Below are positions 17,358 through 25,956 of a DNA stretch of 64,000 nucleotides, piece after piece (within the stretch, counting starts at the first letter, position 1; each line of letters starts with the position of its first letter). The translations under genes were made by a program, and so were the position numbers. The stretch comes from Thermomicrobiales bacterium (GTDB lineage Bacteria > Chloroflexota > Chloroflexia > Thermomicrobiales > UBA6265). A model generated the notes under the pieces. That model saw nothing but the letters and a program-made list of their open reading frames with translations. It had not been told where the DNA came from and made no database searches. The stretch is taken from the NCBI GenBank assembly GCA_050696075.1, contig JBOGUF010000149.1:10507-74506 (forward strand), in the 5' to 3' direction.

Positions 17358-18632
17358 TCAGCCGCCGAAGTAGTCTTCGCTGCCGACAGCGTAGCGCACC
17401 GCCTTCTCATCGTGCGCCTGCCACGGGCGCACGACGTGGGGCGGCGTGCGCTCCCAAGAGCTGTCGCCGGCCAGGCCGAAGGCGATCCCCAGCGGCGCCG
17501 GGCCGAGGTCGTTCAACCGCCCGTTGAACTTGTGCGATCCCCAGCGCGACCCGGTGGTCAGGAGGTCGAAGGTGCTAAAAGCCCCGCGCTCGTCGTCCCA
17601 GGTTGCTTCTCCCTGCAAGACGCAGTCGTAGCCGCTGGGGAGGCTGAAGAATTCGTCGCTATGGAACCGCGTGAACTCCACGTGCCAGGAGAGCCGCGCC
17701 GCGCCGGAGATGGTGAGCTCGATCCGGCGCCCATCGACGTGGGTGATCTCCGACGTAAGCTCCGCTCGCTCGATCGCCTCTTCGGGCCAGATGAACGGCT
17801 CGCCGCGCACGATGTCGCGCAGGTGGAAGCGGGCTAGCCGGCGCAGCACCGACCAGGGCGCGTCAGCACAGGCGCCGGCTTGGCGCGGCGCCGGTACGAG
17901 TGCTTTCGCTTCGTCGGCCGTGATCCAAGCAAAATCGTAGTTCCAGGCGTGCTTGTAGCGCGGGTTGTCGTCGTGCGGCTCGACGTCGCGCGGGAGGTCG
18001 CGGGCGACGATGTGAAGGACGAGGACGTCGTCGGGGACGGCGATGGCCACCGGCTCGGCGTCGGGCATCGGGGCCGGTTCGGCCGATCGGTCGTCGTCCA
18101 ACGCCTGCCAGCGCGCCAGTGCCTCCCGCATCATCCGCTCCATCTCGCGCGGATCGAGGCTGTTGCCGGAGGCGAGGAAGGCGCCATCAGGGCCGAAACA
18201 GTAACTCCCTTGGTGGCTGACCAATTCGCCCGGCTGATCGGCCATTCGTTGGGCGACGTGACCCTGGTGCGCGACGCCGCGGAAGAACCGTCCCTTGGCG
18301 TCGTCTTGCACCTGCATGCCGGAGACGTTCTCCGCCACTGGGACGAAGCGTTCGCTGGCGAGTTTGATGATCGTGGGATTGCTGAAGACCAGTGCACGGC
18401 CGGTCACGCCGTTGTTTCAGGTGCAGCCGAGGGGATTGCCGTTCATCGTCCAAAGGAAGACCGGCTTGTGCTGCGCCGCCGCGAGGCGGCAGGCTGCGAA
18501 GATGTCCTGCTGCCAGGGAATCGCCTGCCAGCGCAGTTCCTCTGCCTTCGGTCGGATGAACGCGAGGAGGTCGCGAAAGCGGCCCGCGTCAACCAGTACC
18601 TCGGCGTCCGCATTTGCTGGATGGGAACCCAT
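17358..18632 (-). CDS. thioredoxin-fold protein interrupted by one in-frame TGA (candidate selenoprotein or pseudogene)
   Basis: Track ORFs 18417..18632 and 17358..18407 are in the same frame, separated only by the TGA at 18417-18419. Joined sequence: ...HKPVFLWTMNGNPLGCT-TGA-NNGVTGRALVFSNPTIIKLASERFVPV. This looks like a thioredoxin_7/DUF255-type redox-motif region. Confidence 0.5.
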
Positions 18633-18791
18633 GACCCGTTACCTCTCTGCAACCGCTCGTCACGATGCGGCACGGCCGCCCTGAAGATCGTTGTTGCGTC
18701 CGCGACACTCTATCACCAGCCCTGAGCGATCGCCAGTCGTGCCCGACCAATCAACACAGGCTCTTTCCCATGCTCATCAGGCTCTTCTTCG

Positions 18792-19970
18792 TTAGATATC
18801 CGGTCCGGGTTCAAGGTCCTCGCAGATCAGGCCCCAGGGACGGGTGAGGGCGCGGGTCATGACGAGGGTGACGCGGCGGGGGCCGGTGAGCTTGAGGCGG
18901 CGGTGGAGGGCGGCGACGTCGCCGGGGAGGCCGCGGCGGCGGATGTTGACGGCGCCGACATCGAGTTGCCGCAGCCGGCTGGCGATCTGCTTCTGATGCC
19001 AGGGCAGCGACTCGACGACGCGCAGCGACCGGCCGAAGGGTGAACTGAGGGGTGCATCGGCGGAGAGGAAGGCGATCTGGTCGTCGATCTTCCAGGCGTC
19101 GAGGTCGCGGGCCAACTCCTCGACAAGGCCGGCGCGGGTGACGGCCGGGTTCGGGTCGAGGAGATAGGCGCCGGGCATGCGGACGGGAACGGGCGGGCCG
19201 GGGTTGGCGACCATGGTCGCGCCGGCTGGGAGGATGGTGGCGCGGCAGGAGGTGGTCGCCAGGGCAGGGGACCAGAGGACCGCTTCCTTCAAATCGCGGC
19301 CGTCGGCGACGAATTCGACTTCCCACCCGGGCGGGACGATCTCGCGCGGCAGTCCGGGCGCGGCTTTGACGCCGACGGCCGGAACGCGCTCGATCAGGCC
19401 GACGCACCAATCGAGCGGGGGTTCACTCTGGCCGTGGCCGAGTCGCCGGTCGCCGGCGCGGCGGGCGGGGTCGATGAAGATGGCATCAACGCCGTCGAGG
19501 GAGACGTCGCCGACGTCGCTTTCGATCGTGGTGATTGGGCCGGCGCGGTAGACGGCGGCGTTGAGTGCGGCCATGCGCAGGTGGACCGGATCGAGGTCGA
19601 CGGCGAGCGCCGCGCGACCGGCGGCGAGAGCAATCAGGTCGCCGCCGATGCCGGTGCAGAGATCGGCGACGGTCTGGACGCCGGCGTAGCGACGGGCGCG
19701 GTGGCGGGCGGTCAACTCGGAGGACGCCTGTTCCAGCCCCGGCCGGGTGAAATACATCGCCTTCGCCCGGCTGAACTTCGCCTGCCCAAGAACGCGCAGC
19801 TCGTGTTGCCAGAAGGCGGCGGCGACCAACTCCGCGGGATACTCGCGCCGCAGCGTGGCGGCGAGGCGCAACTCTTCCTCAGGCGTCGGCCGCGCCTGCT
19901 GGAGACGGGCCAGCACATCCTGACCGGCTATTGAAAGGAGGAGGTCCAGGCGCCTCATGCCGTCAGTCAT
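18792..19970 (-). CDS. class I SAM-dependent methyltransferase (THUMP-like C-terminal region)
   Basis: 392 aa with SAM motif I VADLCTGIGGDLIALA. Confidence 0.8.
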   Translation of the reverse strand: MTDGMRRLDLLLSIAGQDVLARLQQARPTPEEELRLAATLRREYPAELVAAAFWQHELRVLGQAKFSRAKAMYFTRPGLEQASSELTARHRARRYAGVQTVADLCTGIGGDLIALAAGRAALAVDLDPVHLRMAALNAAVYRAGPITTIESDVGDVSLDGVDAIFIDPARRAGDRRLGHGQSEPPLDWCVGLIERVPAVGVKAAPGLPREIVPPGWEVEFVADGRDLKEAVLWSPALATTSCRATILPAGATMVANPGPPVPVRMPGAYLLDPNPAVTRAGLVEELARDLDAWKIDDQIAFLSADAPLSSPFGRSLRVVESLPWHQKQIASRLRQLDVGAVNIRRRGLPGDVAALHRRLKLTGPRRVTLVMTRALTRPWGLICEDLEPGPDI

Positions 19971-20016
19971 GACGATAGGATGCCACGTTCTTGCCTGATG
20001 GCTGATAGCTGACGGC

Positions 20017-22425
20017 TCAGATCAGGCCGCGGCGGACGGCAACGGTGGCGGCCGCGGTGCGGTTGGCGGCGCCGAGCTTTTCCAGAATCGCGGCGACGTG
20101 CTTGGAGGCGGTGCGGGAGGAGATGAAGAGGGCGGCGGCGATCTCGTGGTCGGAGCGGCCCTCGCCGAGGAGGCGCAGCACGTCGCGCTCGCGCGGAGTG
20201 AGGCCGGCGCTGTCGGCCGGAGGCAGGGGTTCAGGGAGAGGCAACGCGAGAGCAGGCGCGGTTTCGGCGGCTGGTTCGAGGAGCGCCGTCGCGTGGGCGA
20301 TGGCCTGATCGAGGCGCCAGGCGCTGCCTATCGTCCAGGCAGCGGTGAAGGCTGTCTCGCCGAGGCGCGCGCAAGCGGCCTCCGCCGCGCGGGCGTACCG
20401 TTCTTGTTCGGGCAGTTCGAAGGCGTACCCGAGGGCCTGGGCGGCGGCCTCTGCCGCGCCGAGGAGCGCCGCGGCCTCTGCCGCCTGGTCGCGCTCCACG
20501 AGGAGGCAGGCGACGCGGGCCAAGGAGTCGACGATCCCTTCCTTCGACCCGACCCGTTGGTGCCAGGCGAGGCTCTCGCGGTACACCCGCGCGGCGCGGT
20601 CGTGGTCGCCAAGATCGCCGGTGACAAGTGCTAGGTCGCTGAGGGTGACGGCCACGCCCCATGGCTCATCGAGGTCGCGATAGCGACGCAGGGAGTCTTC
20701 GAGGAGGGCGACTGCCCGCGCCGGATCGCCCTGCCAGTAGGCGAGGATGCCGAGGTTGCAGCGGGCGAGGGCGACCCAGGTCGGCGCGTCCGACTGCTCG
20801 AAGAGGGCGAGCGCCTCCGCGAAGAGGGCAACCGCTCGATCGTAGTCGCCGCGACTCCGGGCCAGGGCGCCCAGCAAGTTGAGGATGGCGCCGGTGTCGC
20901 GGGTTTCATCAAGCTCGCGGTAGAGCGTCAGGGCTGATTCGGCGAAGGCGATGGCCCGCGCGGGATCACCGCGGGTGCGGGCGAGCGAGGCGGCGGCGTG
21001 GAGCGCCCGTGCCCGGATTGCGGGCGGCACTTCCGCCTGGCGCTCCACCGTGAGCGCCCGTTCAAGCCACTGCAACCCCTCGACGCGGTGGCTGCGGAGG
21101 GACCAGAAGGGCGCGAGGACGGTGGCCAGGCGGAGGAGAGACGTCGTGTCGCCGCGCTGCTCCAGCCAGGCCAGGGCCGCGCGCAAGTTGCCATACTCAC
21201 GCTCCAGGCGATCGAAGACTTCGGGATGGACCGGTTCCCGCATCGGGAAGGTCAGCGCGTGTTCGGCAAGATCCAGGCACCAGCGCGCGTGTTGACGCCG
21301 CGCCTCGTCGGCCTCGCCGCTCGCCGCCAGCCGCTCTAGGGCGTACTCCCGGATCGTCTCTAGGAGTCCGAAGCGCGACTCGTCTCCCTCTCCGCCGTCC
21401 TGTCGCACCAGGCTCTTGTCGACGAGGGAGGCGAGGAGGTCGAGGACGGAGGCGGAAGACGGAAGGCGGGAGGCGGGAGGCGGCCGAGGCGTCGTCATTA
21501 TCCGCCTTCCGCCTGCCGCCACCACTTCGGCGGCATCGAGGGAGAAGCCGGGGGTGAAGACGGCGAGGCGGCGGAAGAGGGCTTGCTCCTGCCCGTCGAG
21601 AAGGTCGTAGGACCAAGCGATGGCGGCGCGCAAGGTTTGGAGGCGGTCAGGGGCGTCGCGAGGGCCGCCGGTGAGGAGCGGCAAGCGTTGCTCGAGCCGG
21701 GAAAGGAGCGCGGGCAGGTTCAGGACTTTGACGCGGGCGGCAGCCAGCTCAATGGCGAGCGGCAGGTCGTCGAGGCGGGCGCAGATGGCATCGAGGAGCG
21801 GTTGATCGGCCGGCGTGACGGAAAATTGGGCGTCGACCGCGAGGGCGCGCTCGGCGAAGAGGCGGGCCGCGGCGGGTCGGGCCAGGGGCGGGACATGGAG
21901 GATACGCTCGCCGGAGAGACGGAGCGGTTCCCGGCTGGTGACCAGCGCGCGGAGGCGGGGGCAGACGGTGAGCAGCTCGGCCAAGATGGGCGCGGCGGCG
22001 ATGACGTGCTCGACATTGTCGATCAGGAGCAGCGCGTGGGTGTGACGGAGGGCGGCCTTCAGGCGGGCGATCAACGGCTGGTCGTGGGCCTCGCGCACGC
22101 CAAGGGCGCGGGCAATGGTCGCGGCGACAAGGTCCGGGTCGCGCAACGCGGCCAGCGGAATGAAAGCAACGCCGTCCTTGAAATCGGGTTCAAGTTCGGC
22201 CGCGACCTGAAGGGCGAGGCGCGTTTTGCCGACGCCACCGGGACCGGTCAGCGTCAGCAAACGGGTGTCGCCGCCCAGCAGCGTCGTCGCCATGGCGACT
22301 TCATCTGCCCGTCCGATGAGCGCGGTGAGCGGCGTCGGCAGGTTGGCGTCGGCGAACCGCTCCTCGCGGGGGAGGGTGGTGAGTTTGCTGGTTCGTGGCT
22401 TGGGTGAGAACGGCTCGGTCGACAT
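20017..22425 (-). CDS. LuxR-family transcriptional regulator with AAA ATPase and TPR region (paralog of 9042..11468)
   Basis: Walker A GPGGVGKTRL, TPR repeats and a C-terminal LuxR HTH. Start placed at the ATG at 22425 (MSTEPFSPKP). The upstream part of the track ORF translates a nonamer repeat (LANLANLAN). Confidence 0.9.
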   Translation of the reverse strand: MSTEPFSPKPRTSKLTTLPREERFADANLPTPLTALIGRADEVAMATTLLGGDTRLLTLTGPGGVGKTRLALQVAAELEPDFKDGVAFIPLAALRDPDLVAATIARALGVREAHDQPLIARLKAALRHTHALLLIDNVEHVIAAAPILAELLTVCPRLRALVTSREPLRLSGERILHVPPLARPAAARLFAERALAVDAQFSVTPADQPLLDAICARLDDLPLAIELAAARVKVLNLPALLSRLEQRLPLLTGGPRDAPDRLQTLRAAIAWSYDLLDGQEQALFRRLAVFTPGFSLDAAEVVAAGGRRIMTTPRPPPASRLPSSASVLDLLASLVDKSLVRQDGGEGDESRFGLLETIREYALERLAASGEADEARRQHARWCLDLAEHALTFPMREPVHPEVFDRLEREYGNLRAALAWLEQRGDTTSLLRLATVLAPFWSLRSHRVEGLQWLERALTVERQAEVPPAIRARALHAAASLARTRGDPARAIAFAESALTLYRELDETRDTGAILNLLGALARSRGDYDRAVALFAEALALFEQSDAPTWVALARCNLGILAYWQGDPARAVALLEDSLRRYRDLDEPWGVAVTLSDLALVTGDLGDHDRAARVYRESLAWHQRVGSKEGIVDSLARVACLLVERDQAAEAAALLGAAEAAAQALGYAFELPEQERYARAAEAACARLGETAFTAAWTIGSAWRLDQAIAHATALLEPAAETAPALALPLPEPLPPADSAGLTPRERDVLRLLGEGRSDHEIAAALFISSRTASKHVAAILEKLGAANRTAAATVAVRRGLI
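21448..21522. repeat. inverted heptamer arrays (GGAGGCG/GAAGGCG x5 and CCGCCTT x3) embedded in frame in the LuxR CDS
   Basis: Left arm ggaggcggaagacggaaggcgggaggcgggaggcg. Spacer gccgaggcgtcgtcattat. Right arm ccgccttccgcctgccgccac. The element encodes about GGRRIMTTPRPPPASRLPSSAS. Confidence 0.8.
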
Positions 22426-22532
22426 GCCAGGGTCCTGACGGGTAGTCAGCGTGCGGCGTGGCGCTATGGTTTCAACGATACCGCACTGGTAGCGGTTTTC
22501 GATATGAGCGTGGTGAGACAGGTTGGTGCGGT

Positions 22533-22568
22533 GGTTGGCCAGGTTGGCCAAGTTGGCCAGGTGGACAA
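22533..22568. repeat. tandem nonamer array (GGTTGGCCA x3-4) upstream of the LuxR gene
   Basis: ggttggccaggttggccaagttggccaggtggacaa read directly. Each unit contains the palindrome TGGCCA. Confidence 0.75.
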
Positions 22569-22943
22569 GCTGGAGCAATCGGACCGTGGGGCAGCGGGGG
22601 CCGCCCTGGACTAAAGTCGGGGCTCGGTGACGGCAGTCGGCTGGAAGCCGACTGCCCGCGGGCCGGGTGTGTCGATGATTCGGGCGATGGCACAGGGCAG
22701 CCGCTTGGTTGATCAGGTTGATCGCGGGATCAATCTGGGGTGGGTGAGAGACGACGAAAAGCGCCCTCTATCTATTAAGGCATTGATTTTTGGGGCAAAA
22801 TGGGACTCAGATTTCGATTATTGATCATGTGGTTATGTGTATTGTTGTGTCGTTCGTCGCGCTCGCTGGCTCCGATGCGGCGGGGAAGGACATGAGAGAA
22901 TGGGCGGTTATCGAGTGGTCATCCGTGGCGGTGATACGGGCGA

Positions 22944-23207
22944 ATGGATGGATTGTCCGTGGAGATAGCGAACGAGGAGATGCGGCGGTTGGCGGAGGAA
23001 CTCGCGGCGCTGACGAGCGAGGATGTGACGACGGCGATGACGGAAGCGATTCGAGAACGATTGGAACGCGTACGGTGCGAGCGAGGGAACGGCCTCGCGG
23101 AGCGACTCCTGGCAATCGGCCGAGATTGCGCGGCGCATCTGCCTGAGCCGGGGCGGTCCATCGATCATGGGGAGCTGCTGTACGACGAGCGTGGGTTGCC
23201 GCGGTAA
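22944..23207 (+). CDS. vapB: type II antitoxin VapB-like, orphan (no cognate PIN gene)
   Basis: 87 aa and clearly paralogous to 28412..28666. Shared sequence includes [10 protein letters not shown]...[14 protein letters not shown]. It is followed by no PIN ORF. Confidence 0.75.
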   Translation: MDGLSVEIANEEMRRLAEELAALTSEDVTTAMTEAIRERLERVRCERGNGLAERLLAIGRDCAAHLPEPGRSIDHGELLYDERGLPR

Positions 23208-23221
23208 ATGCGTTCGATTGA

Positions 23222-23542
23222 TCACCGAGTTACAACGGCACGCTGTTCAGCGAAGCGGGCGACCGCTTGTTCGTACGTTTCGCCGACGTGCGTGCGGGGA
23301 AATGCCTTGAACGTGTAATACGGTTGGTATGGTGATTCGGGCGGGAGTTCCGAACGCGCAGGCTGCTTCTTGAGCACCTCCGAGATGTCCCGACGGCTCG
23401 GTGAGTAGGCCAGTACGAAGCCCCGCACGGGTTCGGTGTACTGGTTGAAGACGGTCACCTTCATCAACACCCACTCACCGTAGTAGCGGGCAATCGCTTC
23501 GTCGAAGGTCTGCTCTTGTGGTTCGAGCGTCGATTCGTCCAC
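23222..23542 (-). CDS. hypothetical protein
   Basis: 106-aa ORF starting 60 bp downstream of a thyX-tail copy. No family recognised. Confidence 0.5.
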   Translation of the reverse strand: MDESTLEPQEQTFDEAIARYYGEWVLMKVTVFNQYTEPVRGFVLAYSPSRRDISEVLKKQPARSELPPESPYQPYYTFKAFPRTHVGETYEQAVARFAEQRAVVTR

Positions 23543-23602
23543 GGTCGTCTCCCCGCCGGTTGCCTAGGGTGATAGCGGCACCGATTTCGACAGAAGCCAA
23601 TC

Positions 23603-23701
23603 CTACATCGCCCGCCGTGCTTCCAAGTCCTCGAACTGGTCGTCGCGCCAGACGGGGATGTCGCGGTCGGGGTCGCCTTCGGGGCAGATGGGTTTGGCGG
23701 C
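23603..23701 (-). pseudogene. copy of the thyX-like gene 3-prime end (fragment)
   Basis: Reverse translation gives AAKPICPEGDPDRDIPVWRDDQFEDLEARRAM*. The thyX C-terminus is AAKPICPEGERYCGIPVWREYQFEELEARRVM*. Confidence 0.85.
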
Positions 23702-23774
23702 TGTCCTTTCGTACGTTATAACAGCGTATCAATGCTTACTCGACTTGTCCGTCCGGAAAAATGGGAGAGGTAAC

Positions 23775-24020
23775 GTGAGATCCCTTGAGCTGGTGGTGCC
23801 GGACGACCTCTACGCATCGGTCAGCGAAATCGAGATGCACAACCTGGCTCAGGAGGCACTCTTGGTCAGATTGTACGAACTCGGAAAGATTGGCTCGGGT
23901 CGTGCGGCTCAGGTTCTCGGCATCTCGCGCCGAGCATTCCTAGTTGATGTGCTCGGCCGCTACGGCGTGTCGTCGTTCGACGAGGAACTGGATTTGGCTG
24001 CCGAAGTTGCCCGTGGCTGA
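23775..24020 (+). CDS. UPF0175 family antitoxin-like protein
   Basis: GTG start after GGGAGAGG. LVRLYELGKIGSGRAAQVLGISRRAFLDVLGRYGV matches the UPF0175 pattern. 8-nt overlap with the downstream DUF3368 gene. Confidence 0.75.
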   Translation: MRSLELVVPDDLYASVSEIEMHNLAQEALLVRLYELGKIGSGRAAQVLGISRRAFLVDVLGRYGVSSFDEELDLAAEVARG

Positions 24021-24510
24021 ACAGTCACCTCTCGTGACGCCCGTCGTCAGCGATACAAGCCCACTGATCAGCCTCGCTGCTGTCGGCCTCATGTACCTCT
24101 TGCGTGATCTCTATCGAGAGATTGTCATCCCGGCCACCGTGCGCGACGAGTACGAGGTCGGCCGTCGGCCATCCGAGCCGCCTCTTCAGAACCTTACTTG
24201 GATCACGATCTCAGGCCTGGCACCCGACCTGTCGATCCCTGCTGCGCTCGACCCCGGTGAATCTGCCGCCATTGCGCTCGCGGTGCATATTCGAGCGCGC
24301 GCACTTCTGCTCGACGAGCGAATGGGGCGGCTGGTTGCTACCGAGCTCGGACTACCCGTGGTAGGCACCATGGGGGCGTTGTTGCGTGCGAAGCAGGCAG
24401 GTTTCGTCAAGGAAGTAAGACCGACGGTCGACGAGATGATTGCTCAGGGCATCCGCATCGGCCCTGCCGTGCGCTCGCAGGTGCTGCACATGGCCGGGGA
24501 AGACACGTAA
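24013..24510 (+). CDS. DUF3368 domain (PIN-like) toxin-like protein
   Basis: VVSDTSPLISLAAVGLMYLLRDLY...DPGESAAIALA...LLLDERMGR is typical of DUF3368. GTG start overlaps the stop of the upstream antitoxin-like gene. Confidence 0.8.
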   Translation: MAEQSPLVTPVVSDTSPLISLAAVGLMYLLRDLYREIVIPATVRDEYEVGRRPSEPPLQNLTWITISGLAPDLSIPAALDPGESAAIALAVHIRARALLLDERMGRLVATELGLPVVGTMGALLRAKQAGFVKEVRPTVDEMIAQGIRIGPAVRSQVLHMAGEDT

Positions 24511-24610
24511 TCGTCAATTCCTTCGAGACCACGACGCTGGATTCGACGTGCGATATTCATGCTGTCGTAGCGTTCGCTCGTTTCGGCTCCTTTGGGACAG
24601 CGACTTCTCG

Positions 24611-24686
24611 TTAGATCACCCGCCGCTTCTCCAACTCCTCGAACTGGTCGTTGCGCCAGACGGGGAGGCCGCGGTCGCGCTCGCCG
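24611..24686 (-). pseudogene. copy of the thyX-like gene 3-prime end (short fragment)
   Basis: Reverse translation gives ERDRGLPVWRNDQFEELEKRRVI*. Confidence 0.8.
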
Positions 24687-24745
24687 AAAGCGGAAAAGGT
24701 ATTCCTGTTTACAGTTGAGGCAACGCTTTGTAAGATCATTGGCAA

Positions 24746-25528
24746 GTGGAACGAAAATCAATACTTCGGCGAGTATCCGGCCGAAATCGCGACGATGCTT
24801 GCCACCGATTCAGGCAATTCAGGTTGTCGCTTTTCTGGTGGGTGACCGGAATAGACTCGTTAAGGATGATCGAGTGCGGTGGAGGCAATCGCGTGTCAAC
24901 GTCCCAGAGTCAGCCAACCAGCCTTTCCAACGAACAGTGGGAACAGTTCAGGAACAGCTTCGACGTTTGGCGCGCTCAGTCGAGCGCCAGTGACCAAGCA
25001 TTGTTCCAGCAGCCAATTGACGACAAGGCAACGCGCGCGGCCTTGCAACGAATTTTTCTCAACCACCCCGTGTACAGGAACTTGACTGTAAGGGAGGCTC
25101 TATTCCTTCTACGGCGAGAGGCACGAGATGCGATCGCGGCGTGTCGTGTCTTGCAGGCCAAGCCTGCCCCCTTTACACCGGACGAACAATCCCATCTCCT
25201 CCAACTCGACGCGGTTTGGTCCCAGTTTGGCGGATCGAATTGGTCACAGGTTGATTTCGCCGAATTGGCAGAGAAACGACTCGGATTTGAGTTCGCGCGC
25301 GACCATGGGCATACAAGGCCGAGGATTGCAGACAACGAGGGGGCAATTGAGGACTTGCAGAAGGGATGCGGCTGTCTGTTCCTGGGATTGCTCGTTACAG
25401 GCGGCACTTACCTGGTGGCTCGCGATGGAGGAACCTACATTGTGGCTTGGGGAGCCGTCGCCTGGGGACTCATCATGGTCTTATTGGCATTGCTGCGAAT
25501 CTTCAGCCAGCGAGTGCGCTCAAAATAA
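24746..25528 (+). CDS. hypothetical membrane-anchored protein (start uncertain)
   Basis: 260-aa ORF in a visibly AT-richer segment with two C-terminal TM helices. The real start may be internal, for example the ATG at 24866. Confidence 0.5.
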   Translation: MERKSILRRVSGRNRDDACHRFRQFRLSLFWWVTGIDSLRMIECGGGNRVSTSQSQPTSLSNEQWEQFRNSFDVWRAQSSASDQALFQQPIDDKATRAALQRIFLNHPVYRNLTVREALFLLRREARDAIAACRVLQAKPAPFTPDEQSHLLQLDAVWSQFGGSNWSQVDFAELAEKRLGFEFARDHGHTRPRIADNEGAIEDLQKGCGCLFLGLLVTGGTYLVARDGGTYIVAWGAVAWGLIMVLLALLRIFSQRVRSK

Positions 25529-25573
25529 CAGAGTCTTGGTCGCGCAAGGTCTCTTGATCAGCCACCGACGCCC

Positions 25574-25951
25574 CTAGAACAGCGCGGGGGCATCCAAACT
25601 CGACGAGGTAACCTGTTCGGGATCCAGTCCGTAAGTTGATGCCACCTTCTTTACAAGACTGTAGAGCCAGCCGGGGGATTCAGGAGCCACGTAAATCTTG
25701 TCGATTAGGGTATTGAGGTCCACGTTGATCTGAGTTCCGACCGCGATCTCCGAAGACGCGGGGGGTTTATGTAAGTGATAGTAAGGAAAGCACATAGCGC
25801 GTGCCTCGCGTTCATGTTCATAGCTCTTTCGTTTGTAAAGCAGCGCATAGGACACACGGCTCCTCGGAATCCTATCAGTATCAAAAGCAATGTACTTAAC
25901 TCTCCCGATTCGCACTGGAATCGAATCCCTAGGGTCGAATCTGTCGCGCAA
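25574..25951 (-). pseudogene. DUF2971-like protein, C-terminal fragment
   Basis: LLYKRKSYEHEREARAM resembles the conserved DUF2971 C-terminal motif. Separated from the N-terminal fragment (27307..27573) by the IS256 element. Confidence 0.6.
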
Positions 25952-25956
25952 CGGTC

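Noticed and set aside
22426-22578. N-terminal extension of the LuxR ORF (MLQLVHLANLANLAN...)
   Set aside because: This is a translation of the nonamer repeat. The conserved protein begins near MSTEPFSPKP.
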